Origin: the human T2T-CHM13v2.0 reference genome, Homo sapiens
Strand: one strand, 5' to 3'
DNA length: 64,000 nucleotides
Assembly (NCBI RefSeq): GCF_009914755.1
Contig: NC_060932.1
Shown: piece after piece, positions 40,198-52,928 of the stretch
Layout of the letters: the number at the start of each line of letters is the position of its first letter
Position numbering within the stretch: position 1 is the first letter of the stretch
The notes under the pieces: generated by a model
What the model saw: the letters and a program-made list of their open reading frames with translations, nothing else
Told to the model about the DNA's origin: nothing
Database searches by the model: none
Made by a program: the position numbers and the translations under genes

Positions 40198-40920
40198 TCT
40201 GCTTCTTACTCTTCAAGTAGTATCAATTATATGCAACCAGAAATAACAGGGAGTTAAGTAGCATTTGTATCATATTAAATGTAGATTGGGCCATGTAATT
40301 TCTCAAAAATCAGATTCAATCAAGGAAAGCATAGACTATTCTTTGGGATTTGCCCTTGCTGAGTATCATTATCTATTCTTGAGACGTAATAATAGAAGTT
40401 AGTGAGCAGTTCATCAAATACAGCCCTATGGAAGCCAAAATGAATATTTTCTTTAGTCATTGACTTTCTAGACATTGCTAAGGCATTTAAAGTTTCCCTG
40501 CCAAGAAATCACCAGTAAACAGCAGTGATGGTAGATGCAGGCTATTTACTGCCATGAGTTGAAAAAATTAGTGAGCTACCTTTTGATTGCTTGTCAAGCA
40601 TTTTGACATGTTAGGACAGAAAGCACTGTTTAAATGTAAAGAGCAGTTCATGTAGAATTGCTGTAGGTCATCCTAATGAGGAAGTGATCTATCAAGTGAA
40701 AGACTGGAGAATGGGAGAACTGCCATGATGTAAGATTGATTTCTGCTAAAGAGACCTTAAATTTGGCTGTGTTTGAATTTGTGGTTCCTTCCAATAGTTT
40801 GTAAATTACCCACAGTAAGTACCCAATATAAAAAGCTATTCAAATTTACTTTCCAGCATACTCACATTGGGGATTTTTTTTCCTTCTTTTTTCTGTTTCT
40901 CTCCCAGATCAAAAGAGGAG

Positions 40921-41066
40921 CAGTGAGTCTCAAGGTTTAGGGATGGGGTCCACTTGGAGTGACTGACTCAGTAAGCCTGAGTGCAACCTTGGGCCTTCCA
41001 GTTTTAACAAGTTCCTAGAAAATGCTTTTGCTGCTGGTTTGTGGTTCACATTTGACCAAATCACTG
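40921..41066. mobile_element. MER5A-like hAT MITE
   Basis: cagtgagtctcaa...ctgactcagtaagcctg...ttttaacaagttcc...tgctgctggt...cacatttga...cactg. Confidence 0.55.
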
Positions 41067-41196
41067 CTGAAACAAAACTGCTGGGGGAGGAGGAAGAAAG
41101 AACTATGAATCACTAAGCCAGCCCCTGAACTTGCTCACCAAACTGTCCAGTCTGCTGTGACTATAATCACTGCTGCTCAGGAACCTATCGAAAGTA

Positions 41197-41472
41197 CATT
41201 CAGCCCTCCGAATCTGGGGTTCTGCATCCATGGATTCAACCAGCAGACTGAAAATATTCAAGACAAAAAAATAAAAGATAACTATTACAAATAAAATAAT
41301 AGAGTATAACAACTATTTACATCGCATTTACTTTGAATTAGGAATTACAAGTAATTTAGAGAGGATTTAGAGTACCCGAGAGGTATGCATCCCTGGATTT
41401 TGGTATCTGCGGGTTTTGATACAGGGGTGACCTGGAACCAATCGCCCCATGCACGCTGCCAGGTGATGACTG
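41197..41472. mobile_element. Tigger3a/MER7-like TcMar DNA transposon
   Basis: TA-flanked; ggttctgcatccatggattcaacca, gtataacaactatttacat, ggattttggtatctgcggg, ctggaaccaatc...gatgactg. Confidence 0.8.
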
Positions 41473-42381
41473 TAAATGGTCCTCTGAATCAGTGACTCGC
41501 TGAGGGAATCAGGAAGAACAATCTTACCTTTCTGCTCAAGCTCAGGCTCACAGTTTAATCTTTTAACCTCCCTCTGCATCAGTCTAAGTTTCAAATAATA
41601 ATGGTAATTTATTTCCTCTGTTATTAAAAAACAAGACCAAAAAAACCACAAACAAAACCCTATCAAGACTGGTGGGGTATGACCTGTATATTTTTAGCTT
41701 CTGAAATTTGTCCTATTACTATTTAAAATTAAAAGAATACATTTTTCTATTTATAAATATATTTAAGACTGCCAAATGATAGCTGTTCCTTACCCAACAT
41801 TAGTTATAAAGAAAAAAAGCAATTCCAAACAAAAATGATATTGCAACAAAAACATGATATATGTATTTTGTGAAAGAAGTACAGCTGCCTCAGAGACAAT
41901 GAGAGGCTATGAAAATAAAGGAAAACCATCTGAGCTCTGGTTAGAGACTCTGGAAGTAGTGAGCACAAATTTCTTTGAAAGAAAAAGAAGAGGAGTCTGA
42001 TGTAGGTAGACAATCCAATTCTAGTTACTGTCTTTATTTGTGATAGTCCATAGTCTAAAAAGGTGCAAATACTATTAACTAGCCTGAGGACAAGGTGGCA
42101 ACTGCATTTCATTCTGAAATGGAAAAATCCAAGGAAGGTAGAAGAAACAATTGCATGAGAATTATTACTCAATTATTTTTCCTCAAAAAGCTGTGTATCT
42201 TCTTTTTTGAACTTTGGGAAAGCATATATAAGAGTTTCTTTGACCCCGAATAGTCCATGTATTTACCCAGAAATATTTGTGTATCTTGCTACTGCAGCAG
42301 GATTACAAAATAGATTACAACTCTACTGTAGAAAGAAAATATGTTTTTATATAATCTGTAACTTATCTGGGTAGCTAGAAA

Positions 42382-42386
<5 letters not shown>

Positions 42387-42434
<48 letters not shown>
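42387..42434. repeat. (CA)24 microsatellite
   Basis: Perfect run, counted directly. Confidence 0.97.
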
Positions 42435-42437
<3 letters not shown>

Positions 42438-43129
42438 CATTTTAATCCTGGCATCTCAGTCAACTCCCATATCTGAGTGGTTCTTTCAAATAATGCTTCT
42501 GAGTCTACAACTTTACCTTTCCTTCTCTAAGAAGTGTCAGGGCATATGGCTGGAGGAACTTAGTATATAGACCTAGATAGAGCTCAGGGTTTTGGGGACC
42601 AGTTATGAAGGGGCTGAGGGATCTATAGGCCACTTCCTTTGATAAACCTCTGTACCAGCTCTTTTCTTCCCAAAATTTCCCCAAGTAACAAGGTTTAGTT
42701 TAGTTTTTTTTTTTTTTAAGCTTCTTACTCATAAGCTTCTTTCATGGCAAACCCTGATATTTTTTTCCTAGGTAGAAAATTATTTGGATTTATCCATCTA
42801 ATTCTCTGATACAGTAAAAGATAGCTATAAACTTTTAGCAAAATTTATCTCTATGAAGATTTTAGACTTTGAAGCTTAACTGACTAAATTTTTCCAATAC
42901 TTGCTCTCTATTGTCTGAAGGGTAGACATTTCCTTGCCTTTAAGAGGTGGAAAGCCACAAGGGAACAAGTCCTTAAAGAGATAGTCTAAAAAGCCCTTTC
43001 TAATCTACACCACCTCCAGCACCACCAAAAGTCTTCAATTTTATCCACATATTTGTTTCTATGCGATAACCGATATATTTTTGAGTTACTTTATTTCCCA
43101 ACCCCCTCTCCGTCCCACCCCCCACCGCC

Positions 43130-43260
43130 AACAACTAGAGTGCAAATTCCATGAGATCAGGGTCTTGGCTTTTTATTATTTTTTCATTGCAGGACCTACC
43201 TACAATAATTACTGGCACATAGGAGCCACTCACTAAATACTTCTAGAATGAAAGAAAATA
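43130..43260 (+). mobile_element. L2 3' end
   Basis: actagagtgcaaattccatgagatcaggg...ctggcacataggagccactcactaaatac. Confidence 0.7.
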
Positions 43261-43547
43261 AAAATGTGATGCATCCTTACAGTAGATTATCCACTGCAAA
43301 TTTTGGTTGCTAGCAAGCATGCATCTTTTGTGCTACTGCCTCAAATGGGCCTTCTGCTGCAGACATACTTATCTATTGACAGTTCTTTTGAACCACCATT
43401 GCTCTTCATGTTTTCTTGCTTTAAATCATGCTGTTGCCGCTGCCTAGAAGGTTCACTTGTGAACCTTCTTGTCTTTCACACTCCTAAATTTCCTCAAAAC
43501 ATAAATCAGGTGTCCTGGTCTCCAAAAGTATTTCATGATAAACTTTT

Positions 43548-43671
43548 TCTTTCTCTAAGTCCCTGTGCTGACATATAACCCTCATACCCTATGCTGGCCC
43601 TAAACTTGTTCTTTCTCTACGTCCCTGTGCTGACATATAACCCCCATACCCTATGCTGGCTCTTAACTCAC
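43548..43671. repeat. 62-bp tandem duplication (2 copies)
   Basis: gtccctgtgctgacatataaccc(t/c)cataccctatgctggc at 43559 and 43621. Confidence 0.95.
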
Positions 43672-45273
43672 TCTTTATACTATTCTCTCTGATGGAAACT
43701 CATGGACTTTGTTAAGGGAGGCATTGAAAGCAGGAACTGTTTGCTATTTCTGGCATCAAAAGCAAAATGCCTGGTGCATGACAACTATTCATAAACATTG
43801 AATAAATGAACAACAACCCACCTTATTTCTCTCTCATGGTACTACTCTTTATTGTTTTAAACTTCTATAGTTATCCTGGGGAAATATGAGAGTAATGAGT
43901 TTTCTTGAAAGTCAGGTGCAGGGACATTTATGGCAATACTTGTCTTGAAGATCAACTACATCAAAGTTTCAAGACTAACTAGAATAATTCTCAAGGAGAA
44001 GGAAAGAGGCATTCAAGCTTATTTTGGAGTAGTAAATAACAGTGATTCTGGTGTCCAAACTGTCACAAAGACAACCACTGCCATATTAAGCTTCTAATAC
44101 TAAGAAAAGTGTCAGGTATACGGTAGTAGATCCTGATGAAACTCTTCAGAAACTGTTTCTGCACTTTACCTCATCTGGCAGCTCTTGGTGTGCGCTGAGG
44201 TAATATATTAAATTTGTGGTGTAATTAGTTTAGAAATTATTCCCCTAGGGAACAAAGATGGTCAAGAGACAAAGCTTGATCTAAAGTTGACAGCCTGGGA
44301 GACAGGCCGAATTTGGAGGTGTTACCGTAGCATATGTGGCTTAGTATTGAATAGGTCAAAATATTAATGACCCATCCTACACACAACCCAGGGAAAAATG
44401 ACTGGGCATTGTGAGAGAGTGTGGGTGTCTTGGCAGAAAGGTATTACATCTGTTTCTTCCACATCTATGAGTGAATTATGCATGCTATGACAAGGAGGCT
44501 TTTTTAAATATGAGAAATTTGAGGCAAAAATGATAGACCAAAAAAGTGCAGAGAAACAAGGTGAGTAATGAAAGGCAGAAGTGGTATATTGGCAGGCCTG
44601 GAAATCAGCTGTGAGTAATTTGAGTTAATTAAATGTGGCATAAAACATTTGGAGGAAAAGGTTGATGAGATCCAATTAATGGGCAAAAGAAATAATTTTC
44701 TGAACAGTAACATTTGGGCTATATCAAAGATAAAAGTGGTATGTGATAAGAGATTGAGAAAATGAACATGATAATTCTTTTGTCACATGAGGAAATCTGA
44801 GGTGAGGCTGAGAACCCTGTCTCGATGTAAGGAAGAAATCATCTTCAGGAAATGGCAGTTGCATAAAACAAAAAGGGAGACTCAGGGGTATAAGCAAGTG
44901 GATTAAAAACTTGTCTGATTTATTCATAAATGATCTGACTCCATTTACTTCTGTTTCTCAGATTTCTTGGGAATTGATAAGTATATTTTCTCCATAGTAC
45001 TTCTTGAGATGTAGAACATCTAACATCAATACTGATTATTGAGTTTTGTTGTTTTTCTCTAACTCAGAGATTTTTATTTTAAAGCAGCAGTAAGCAATCT
45101 ATAATTCACAGCAGTAAACTATAATCTACAAGCCAAACCCATTCTTAGCTAAGAATGCTTTTTACATTTTTAAAAGGTAAAAAAAGGAAAAAAAATGAAG
45201 AATATGTGATTATGTAGTCCACAAGGACAAAAATATTTATTACCTGCAGTGCTTAAATTTAAAGGGTAAAATT

Positions 45274-45395
45274 AATTAAAGAAATCCTCACATTAGAATT
45301 ACATGTAATATAATTATATGTAATAAACCTAATTATATTACATATAATGCATGATCCTCTACGAATTTAATTTGAATGTGAAGATTTCTCTAATT
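45274..45395. repeat. Nested inverted repeat
   Basis: Outer arms 45274-45300 and 45369-45395 (23/27 complementary); inner perfect 14-bp arms 45303-45316 and 45330-45343. Confidence 0.8.
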
Positions 45396-46739
45396 GCATA
45401 TATATAAACATACACCTACAGTTTTATGTGAGAGAACAATTCTGTCTTACACATTATATGATTTCACACCTTTGAGGATAGATTGCTAGATAAAAGAGAT
45501 AGGAAAAAATATTTAGCAGTTTCATAGTTCATTGGGGTCAAGAAGAAAGAGGAGTGTGGCAAGTTCATTTTCTTCTTACAATTACAACATCAGAGAAGAA
45601 ATGAAGTAAAAAAAAAAAAAAGTGAATCAGAAGCCTGATTGTAGGAGATGCATGGAGAGAATGAATAAGGCAATAAAAGGGTGTAACTTGCTTCCCTACG
45701 AGTTCTAATGCTAGGAGGAAAACGAAAAATAAAAATATAGGTCTCGAGGGTGCCAGCTCCACTGCCCCCCTGCTACCCCTGCCCCTAGCAAGTATTAGGG
45801 AGGGTAAGAACTCTATCTGCTAAGCTTTTGCTGTCTTCTCAAAAGAGATATTGTATAGATAGTCCCTCAAATAGACATAAATATATATCCACATCTATTT
45901 TGGATGGTAGTATTTAGCTTCTTATGATTGTGTGTATAAAGCACTTCAAGCATGCTGCTCCTAGTCAAATCCCTGCAGGGCCAAACAAATTGGGGCAGTT
46001 CAAAGCCAAGAGAGATGGGAGAGGCTGTGACATACTGGGAATAGATTGTGCTCTTCCTAAAAGGATTAAAATTATATTAAATTAACAGCAAAGAATATAA
46101 AGCAGTCAGAAGTCACCAGTTGCAACTCCTGCTCTTTTTCCTGTGAACCGTTCCCCTTTTTCAGGTAGAGGGACAGAGGGGGTGGGGCAGGGACTTCTTT
46201 CAGTTGTTACTTTCTGGTTTTCCTTTTTTCGCAAATTTTTTTTTTTTAGACATTCTGTATGTGTTCATAAAAGTCACACATATGTATACTCTAATTACAA
46301 TGATTCCATCTACAAAAATCTGTATTACATATAATTATTACATTTTATAATTATTACATTTGAGAAAAATTAGTTTTCTTCCCAAAGGAGGCCTATATAA
46401 CTTTAATCTATTAAAATAAAATTAATTTTGAATAGCACATTAACCAGATGTTTTGCTAAGCTATTTCTGGATAATTCCAAACTAAATTGGCAAATTTTAT
46501 TTATTTTTAATTGACAAAATTATATATATACAAGGTACATTTACAAAATTTTAAAACAGTTGTTACCTTCTTGAAACTATTTATTCTAATTTTATTCTAA
46601 TTCAATTCAGCCCAACCTCAACATCTCTGCATTTCCCCTATGAATCCATCTACTATCATCGTCTACTCTCCAAATTCTTCCTGATAAATAATATTCTTAT
46701 ATTTTTTAAGCAGTTAAATTTATACCACTTACTATTTAT

Positions 46740-46870
46740 CAGTGGCATTTAACTCTCACAAGTATTATCCACATTTTACAAATAAAAGTTGCACAGTTGG
46801 CAAGTGGCAATCTAGAATTCAGACCCAAAGGCTTCAACCCAATGGGTCATGCTCTTAATCATGAAGCTAA
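46740..46870 (-). mobile_element. MIR SINE fragment
   Basis: cacattttacaaata...cacagttggcaagtggcaatctagaattcagaccca...catgctcttaatca. Confidence 0.6.
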
Positions 46871-47413
46871 ACCCACCTCAAAGAAGTATGAGGGAAATGA
46901 AAGGCAGATACTGGATCCCATATATACAACAGCTGTCAGGTGGAAATATCTGACAGAAATGTATTTCCACTGAACTCTTTTATTTCTCTAACCATTGAAT
47001 TAAGCAATAGCACATCCTTATTAAACATGATCTCTCTTTAAACTTTTGATTATTTCATAAATTTACATATATATAGTAATGTGAACTTTTGTTAAAACAT
47101 TGCAAAATATCAGTTGAATTGTATTTCAAATAAATATATCACTTTCCTCAATGTTGACTTAATGTGCACTACTGTTCATATTTTTCTGGATAGTCCACAA
47201 TTATTCAAATGGTAATTAAAGTGTCAAAACCATGTTTCAACACTTGTTTTTATGTCCATGCTCCTAACAAAACAGCCCTCTTTGTTCTTCACATTTTCTG
47301 GCTTCTTCAGCTCAACTGAAATTTGGATTTCTCTTTTTTTTTTTTTTTTTTAGATTCCCTCTACCATCTCCAACAGAAGGTTAGCTTTCTCTTTCAAGAG
47401 TATAAGAGGCAGG

Positions 47414-47695
47414 GGCTGGGTGTGGTGGTTCAGACCTGTAATCCCAACACTTTGGGAGACCAAGGTGGGTGGATTACTTGAGCCCAGGAGTTCAAGACCA
47501 GCCTGGACACCATAGTAAGACCCTATCTCTACAAAAAATATATTTTAAAAAATCAGCTGGGCATGGTGGTGTGCATCTGTAGTCCCGTCTACTCAAGATG
47601 ATTGCTTGAGCCTGAAAGATAGAAGATGCAGTGAGCCATGATGGCACCACTGCACTTCAGCCTAGGCTACAGAGCAAGACCCTGTCTCAAAAAAT
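47414..47695 (+). mobile_element. AluJ
   Basis: ggattacttgagcccaggagttcaagaccagcctgg...gcagtgagccatgatggcaccactgcac, small right-arm deletion. Confidence 0.92.
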
Positions 47696-50189
47696 ACAGT
47701 AAGAAGAGCCATGCCACTCCTTGTATTTATGCCACTTTGTTTTTGCTTCTACTACCATACTGCACTGCCCTAGTTTGAACTTAATGTTAGGAAGTACTAT
47801 GGCCCTCTCTCTGTTCAGGCCACTTCCTATTCACCCCAGAACCAGTGTCCATTTGTAGTCAACTACAGTTCACCAAGCTTTCTATTATTTCTTTAGCTCC
47901 AGCACCTATATTCATCTATCTCATAACTTCATATGTCATCCACATCTCAAAATTCAAACTTCTAAACTCCACTGCAACAATAAGAGATCAAATGAGCTTA
48001 TGTGAGGTGATCAGAAATTAAGATATTGTAAACGTCAGAAATGTAAAAGGCCAACCACTATCTGTTCTGCAAATTAATATATTGTTAATACTAAAATTTG
48101 TAGTCCCAGCATATGTTTGCTTTTTTTCCAGAATTTGCTGTATCTCTATCATATGCTAGGCACTGATTATTTGGTTTCATTTTTCTTCCTATTAAATAGT
48201 GACAATTTTTTTTAATTTGTTTTCCAGACAGAATGACAGCTTGACAAAAAGATGTTGTGGTGTGTACCAAATACCAAGATGCCCCTCCTACCTGTACTCT
48301 CTTTTGTATTCCCAGTCATACCACCATAGTTTAGATTCTATTTTTTATTTCAACTTTTACAAAAGTGTCTTATCTCCTTCCTGTCTCGTATCCATCTGAA
48401 GATGAAGAGTGTTGGGCTCTTCCTTCAGGGGAAGGCTGTCACCACCTGCTGAATTATGCCCAAGATTTCAGCAGCGAGAACTTCCTCCTTCAGAAATGAA
48501 GAGAACCAACACAGGAAGTAGCATGAAGATGTGCCATAGAATTAAAGCAAGGTGATGCTTAATGAATCTTTCAGTGCCCTCTCAGAAATGTACACGCAAA
48601 TATACGTGTGCCCAAGATTTTCAGTGTAATTTCAAAGGGATTCTCAGAACTCTACATGCCTTGAACACTGAGGTCAGAACCCTGGTTCCAGATATTTTAA
48701 GATTTGCTTTTAAATAATGCAACCCAGAGAGCTGTGTGCTTGGATCAAATTGTTCAGATTCCTTGTAGCATTGCTTCTAAGTGTCCCACCCTATGCCTTT
48801 GACTTGCATTAATGGGCAAATTGTAAGTTTCTTTTCTGTCTTTTGACAGAGGTCATCATCCATCATATCCTTCGTATGTGGTCTGTATAAATGCACACAA
48901 TGTCTTACATATTATTTCACCAGGCTAACAGATACCTGGAGTACAAACTAAAGTTTCAGGGACTCCAGGCTAGCAATCTTCTAAAAGGAATAAACTAGCT
49001 TTTATAAAACAGACCTTATTTTTCTCATACTCTGTTTTTTCTAGTTATTCTCTTATTTTCCCATCAATTCTTTAATGTTTCAACTATATCATATGTACTG
49101 AAGTGAAATAATGCAACATCCTTTGTTCACACCTAAACCCAGGCATTAACGTGGAGGCCTAGAGGCTGGTATGGTGGTGCCAGTGATAATCAAAACGAGA
49201 ATTCCTAAATGGATGCAGTTTTCCTCCGTCACCTACCTGGAGATTGTTTTCCAATGCTAAAATCAGGCCAGTTTCAATTTTGCTTTAACTAAGAGAATTG
49301 GTGTTTTCTTTCATTGTTACTTTGTTTTCTCTAAAATTACGATGTCGTGTTGCTGCCCATTGAATATATCCAGAGTATACTCCGTATCCTGGCACTTCAG
49401 GCATTTCTACTGTTCCAACCTATGGCTGCAGCTCCGTTATTTCCAATTTCCCTAATCATAGGCCTGTGCTGCTGTCGAACTCCACAAGTCTCCTTTCAAG
49501 CACTGGGAAGTTTCTGATCTTTGTGGCACTTTTCATGCTATTAACTATGCCAGGAATTTGATGTTCTCACATGCAATGCATATTAAAACCCATTTACTAT
49601 AATATACTTATATAGCTAATAAATCAGACAAAAATTATTAAATGACACTTAAGGATTGCTATGCTGTTATACAATGTAGATGTATACTACCTTCTACCTC
49701 GTGGCAAACAAGTGCCTTCATGTTTTTGCTCCAACTTACTTCAACAGCCTCATGTCTTCTAACACTTAACTTTAAATTCTGTGTTCTCACAGTACTTGAA
49801 ATTTCAATGTGCTTTGCTCTATATTTTCTAGGCCATTGCATGTGGTACTCTCTTTGCCTGAAGTTCTCTTTTTCCTCCATACTTCACCTGCCCACCACCC
49901 TTTCTCCCTGTAATGGGCCACAATCTACTTTGGGAAAGGCTGGTTTCTGTCCTTCTCATGGGTTCACCTAACATCCTATTCTGAATCATATTCCAGCACA
50001 CTATATTTTGAAATTCCCTGTTTGTTGTCTTATTGCACTGTTTCCAGTGCCTACACTGCACCTAGCACATGGAAAACACTTGAGTGAATGTTGCTGACAT
50101 TGAAATATAGGTATTACTGGTTTTGAAGAGCTATTTGATAAAAGTAATTGAAAGCCATAAAAATACTTTTCATCTATTAATCCAGGAAT

Positions 50190-50345
50190 CAAAAACTTAA
50201 ATGCTTTCAGAGGTCAGGCAGGTCATGTAAATGTCCAGTGTAGTACAGAAGATAACAACAGAGAGTACAGACTAATGTACGTACCTTATCTAAACACATT
50301 CAGATTCACATTTTTATAATTACTGTCCAAGCCAAACAAATTATA
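50190..50345. mobile_element. MER45-like hAT element fragment
   Basis: aaatgctttcagaggtcaggcaggtcatgtaaatg...agccaaacaaa. Confidence 0.45.
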
Positions 50346-52622
50346 ACCCCGTCTTCAAATAATTTCTTAGAAGGAAAAAAAGATATATTTATTAAAATGT
50401 TACCTGCAGATTTATTTGTAATAAGGAAAAAGTAAATACACATTAAATAGCCAGTAATAGAGGCCTGATTAAATATGGATTATATCCATTATATGTCATA
50501 TATTCTTTATTATTAAAGAATCTCCCAAACGGTAATATATGGAAAATGCTTTCACTATTGGAAATAATAAAGAAAAAAGCTAAATTACATGCTTTCTATA
50601 ATTGCAACTAAGTAAACATATGCTTCCTTATTAAAATGAAAAGAAAGGATTATGCAAAATGAAAATACCTATAATAGGGTGCTCAAAATAGAAATGATTT
50701 TTTTAAAAATTCAACATTTAGTAATGCTTTTGTTTTTCCAACCCCAGTCTTTGGAGAAAATGTTGGGACTATCTTTTGGAATCTTAGAATTTGACACCTA
50801 GCAAGCAAAATCATGTTACTTTGGGTAAGAGCTGAAGAATATCAGTTGTGGGCTGAGATAGAAATACCATTGTCATGGCAACCACCAAAAATTTCATAGA
50901 AAAGGCATAGCTTGGATTTTTTTTAATGGAGATGACTAACAAGATTGCTTTTGAAATAGTTCTGATATAGTGTGGGATAATATACAGTAACTCCGATAAA
51001 CAGTTTTGCTGGAAAATTGAGATAAAGTGGCATAACCTTAAGATCAGAACTTAGAATCCCTAGTGTAAGCTTAGCATATTTTGTATACTAATTAGCTTTT
51101 ACTGACATAATACTAATATGATACCAGTCTGTCTTCCCTGAATACAAAAATTACATATTTAGTAACATTATAATTCTATAATGATAATAATTCTCATCAA
51201 TAAAAGAGCTTGGGTTTTCTTGTCAAGGGAGATTTAAAGTATTTTTCTGATTCTTTATGAAGACTCAATTATGTGTTTTCAGTGTTCCTCTATGATACTA
51301 TATATAACCTACTGGAAACAGAAGCTTGTGGAAATACTGATAGCATCAATAGAAATCATCGTGACTCCTTCCTTGGAAAGGGCATGTTTCATCAGTACCG
51401 TTTGCCTCATTTATTAAGCTGAATTGTCATCTTAAGTGACAGATATTTTCAATGTCCAAACTTCCTGCAAAGATTTATGTATTTTATCCCATTCTGTTTG
51501 AATTTAGATCAAGAATGCTCATTAGATTATTTTGTGAGCCCAGGTTTGCTAGAGTTTACAAAATCTGACCTAGCTCACTAGCCACAGAGAGGCTATCTTC
51601 ATACAATGAAGGTTTCCTGAAGAGTGAATGAAATCCATGGCTTTGTCGAATACATCAACTAATACATTGAAACTGCTAATTGTGTGATTGTCCTGGGGAC
51701 ATGACTAGTTTATTTGGAAACTACTTGTAAAATCTGCTTTGCCTTGCAAAATTGCTTCCCCTGAGAAATTGCTTCTTCAATGGCATATCCAGTGGAGACC
51801 TTTCGGTATCTTGCACAATTAGTCAGCCTAGATATAGGACCATATAGTTAAGAAGGAAGAGACAGACGGTCAGTAATTACAATTTTAAATTATAATTACA
51901 AAATTGTAATTATTTTAAGGGTGAAATTCTAATTGGCATTTTTTGTTTCATGTAAACTTCTGTAGAGCTGCATTTATCATAAATAGCCACATATCCAAAG
52001 TATCACATTTCTCATGTCACATACAAACTTTTGACTCTAGCATTCAATGTAACGTTAAAAAAAATCAAATCCTATTACCTCAAAATAAGGGCTGTGTGCC
52101 AGGATTGGGAAGCATTACAAAATGAGTTAAAATTAAATGAGATGTGGAGCGGAGTTTGAAACCCATGCCGTTAAAACCTCATAACTGAAATTGGCACCTG
52201 ATTGTTTTTCATTCAGCTCTCGAACCAGTTAAATAGATGCCATAAATATGTTGATTCTTGTAACCCGTTTAGTCTATTTATTGTTTTCTGAAGCCACCAG
52301 TAAAACTAGTCTTTTTCACCAGCTACTGAAGACAGAGGTCATGTTATAAATCAAATGGAATTATTAACTTCTGTTTCCATTTTTAAGCATTTGACCACAA
52401 AATTAAACCTTGTATTTCTACATAAAAATCCAAGCATTATAATGTGAATGAGATCTGTCCACTCATTCATTCAACACCCACTTACTAAAATGCTATTTCA
52501 AAGACTATTCTAATAAGTTAAAAACTGTTTGAGGATCTTACTGTCTAGTTAGTCATACAGTTAATCATCACAAATACTGAAGGTTTGAATCAGAAAAGAA
52601 AAAAGAGAAAAAACAAAAACAG

Positions 52623-52928
<306 letters not shown>

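Noticed and set aside
43548-43671. CRISPR-like repeat-spacer reading of the short direct repeats
   Set aside because: Only two copies, the intervening sequences are themselves related, eukaryotic context, no cas genes
45755-45790. Second CTCF-like motif (ctgccccccTgcta)
   Set aside because: Six-G run and missing CC at the motif start give a poor fit
48200-48260. Strong acceptor tttgttttccag| followed by an ATG
   Set aside because: No convincing nearby donor, and the peptide is not recognisable
51874-51912. 13-bp AT-rich inverted repeat
   Set aside because: Low-complexity context makes chance or slippage likely
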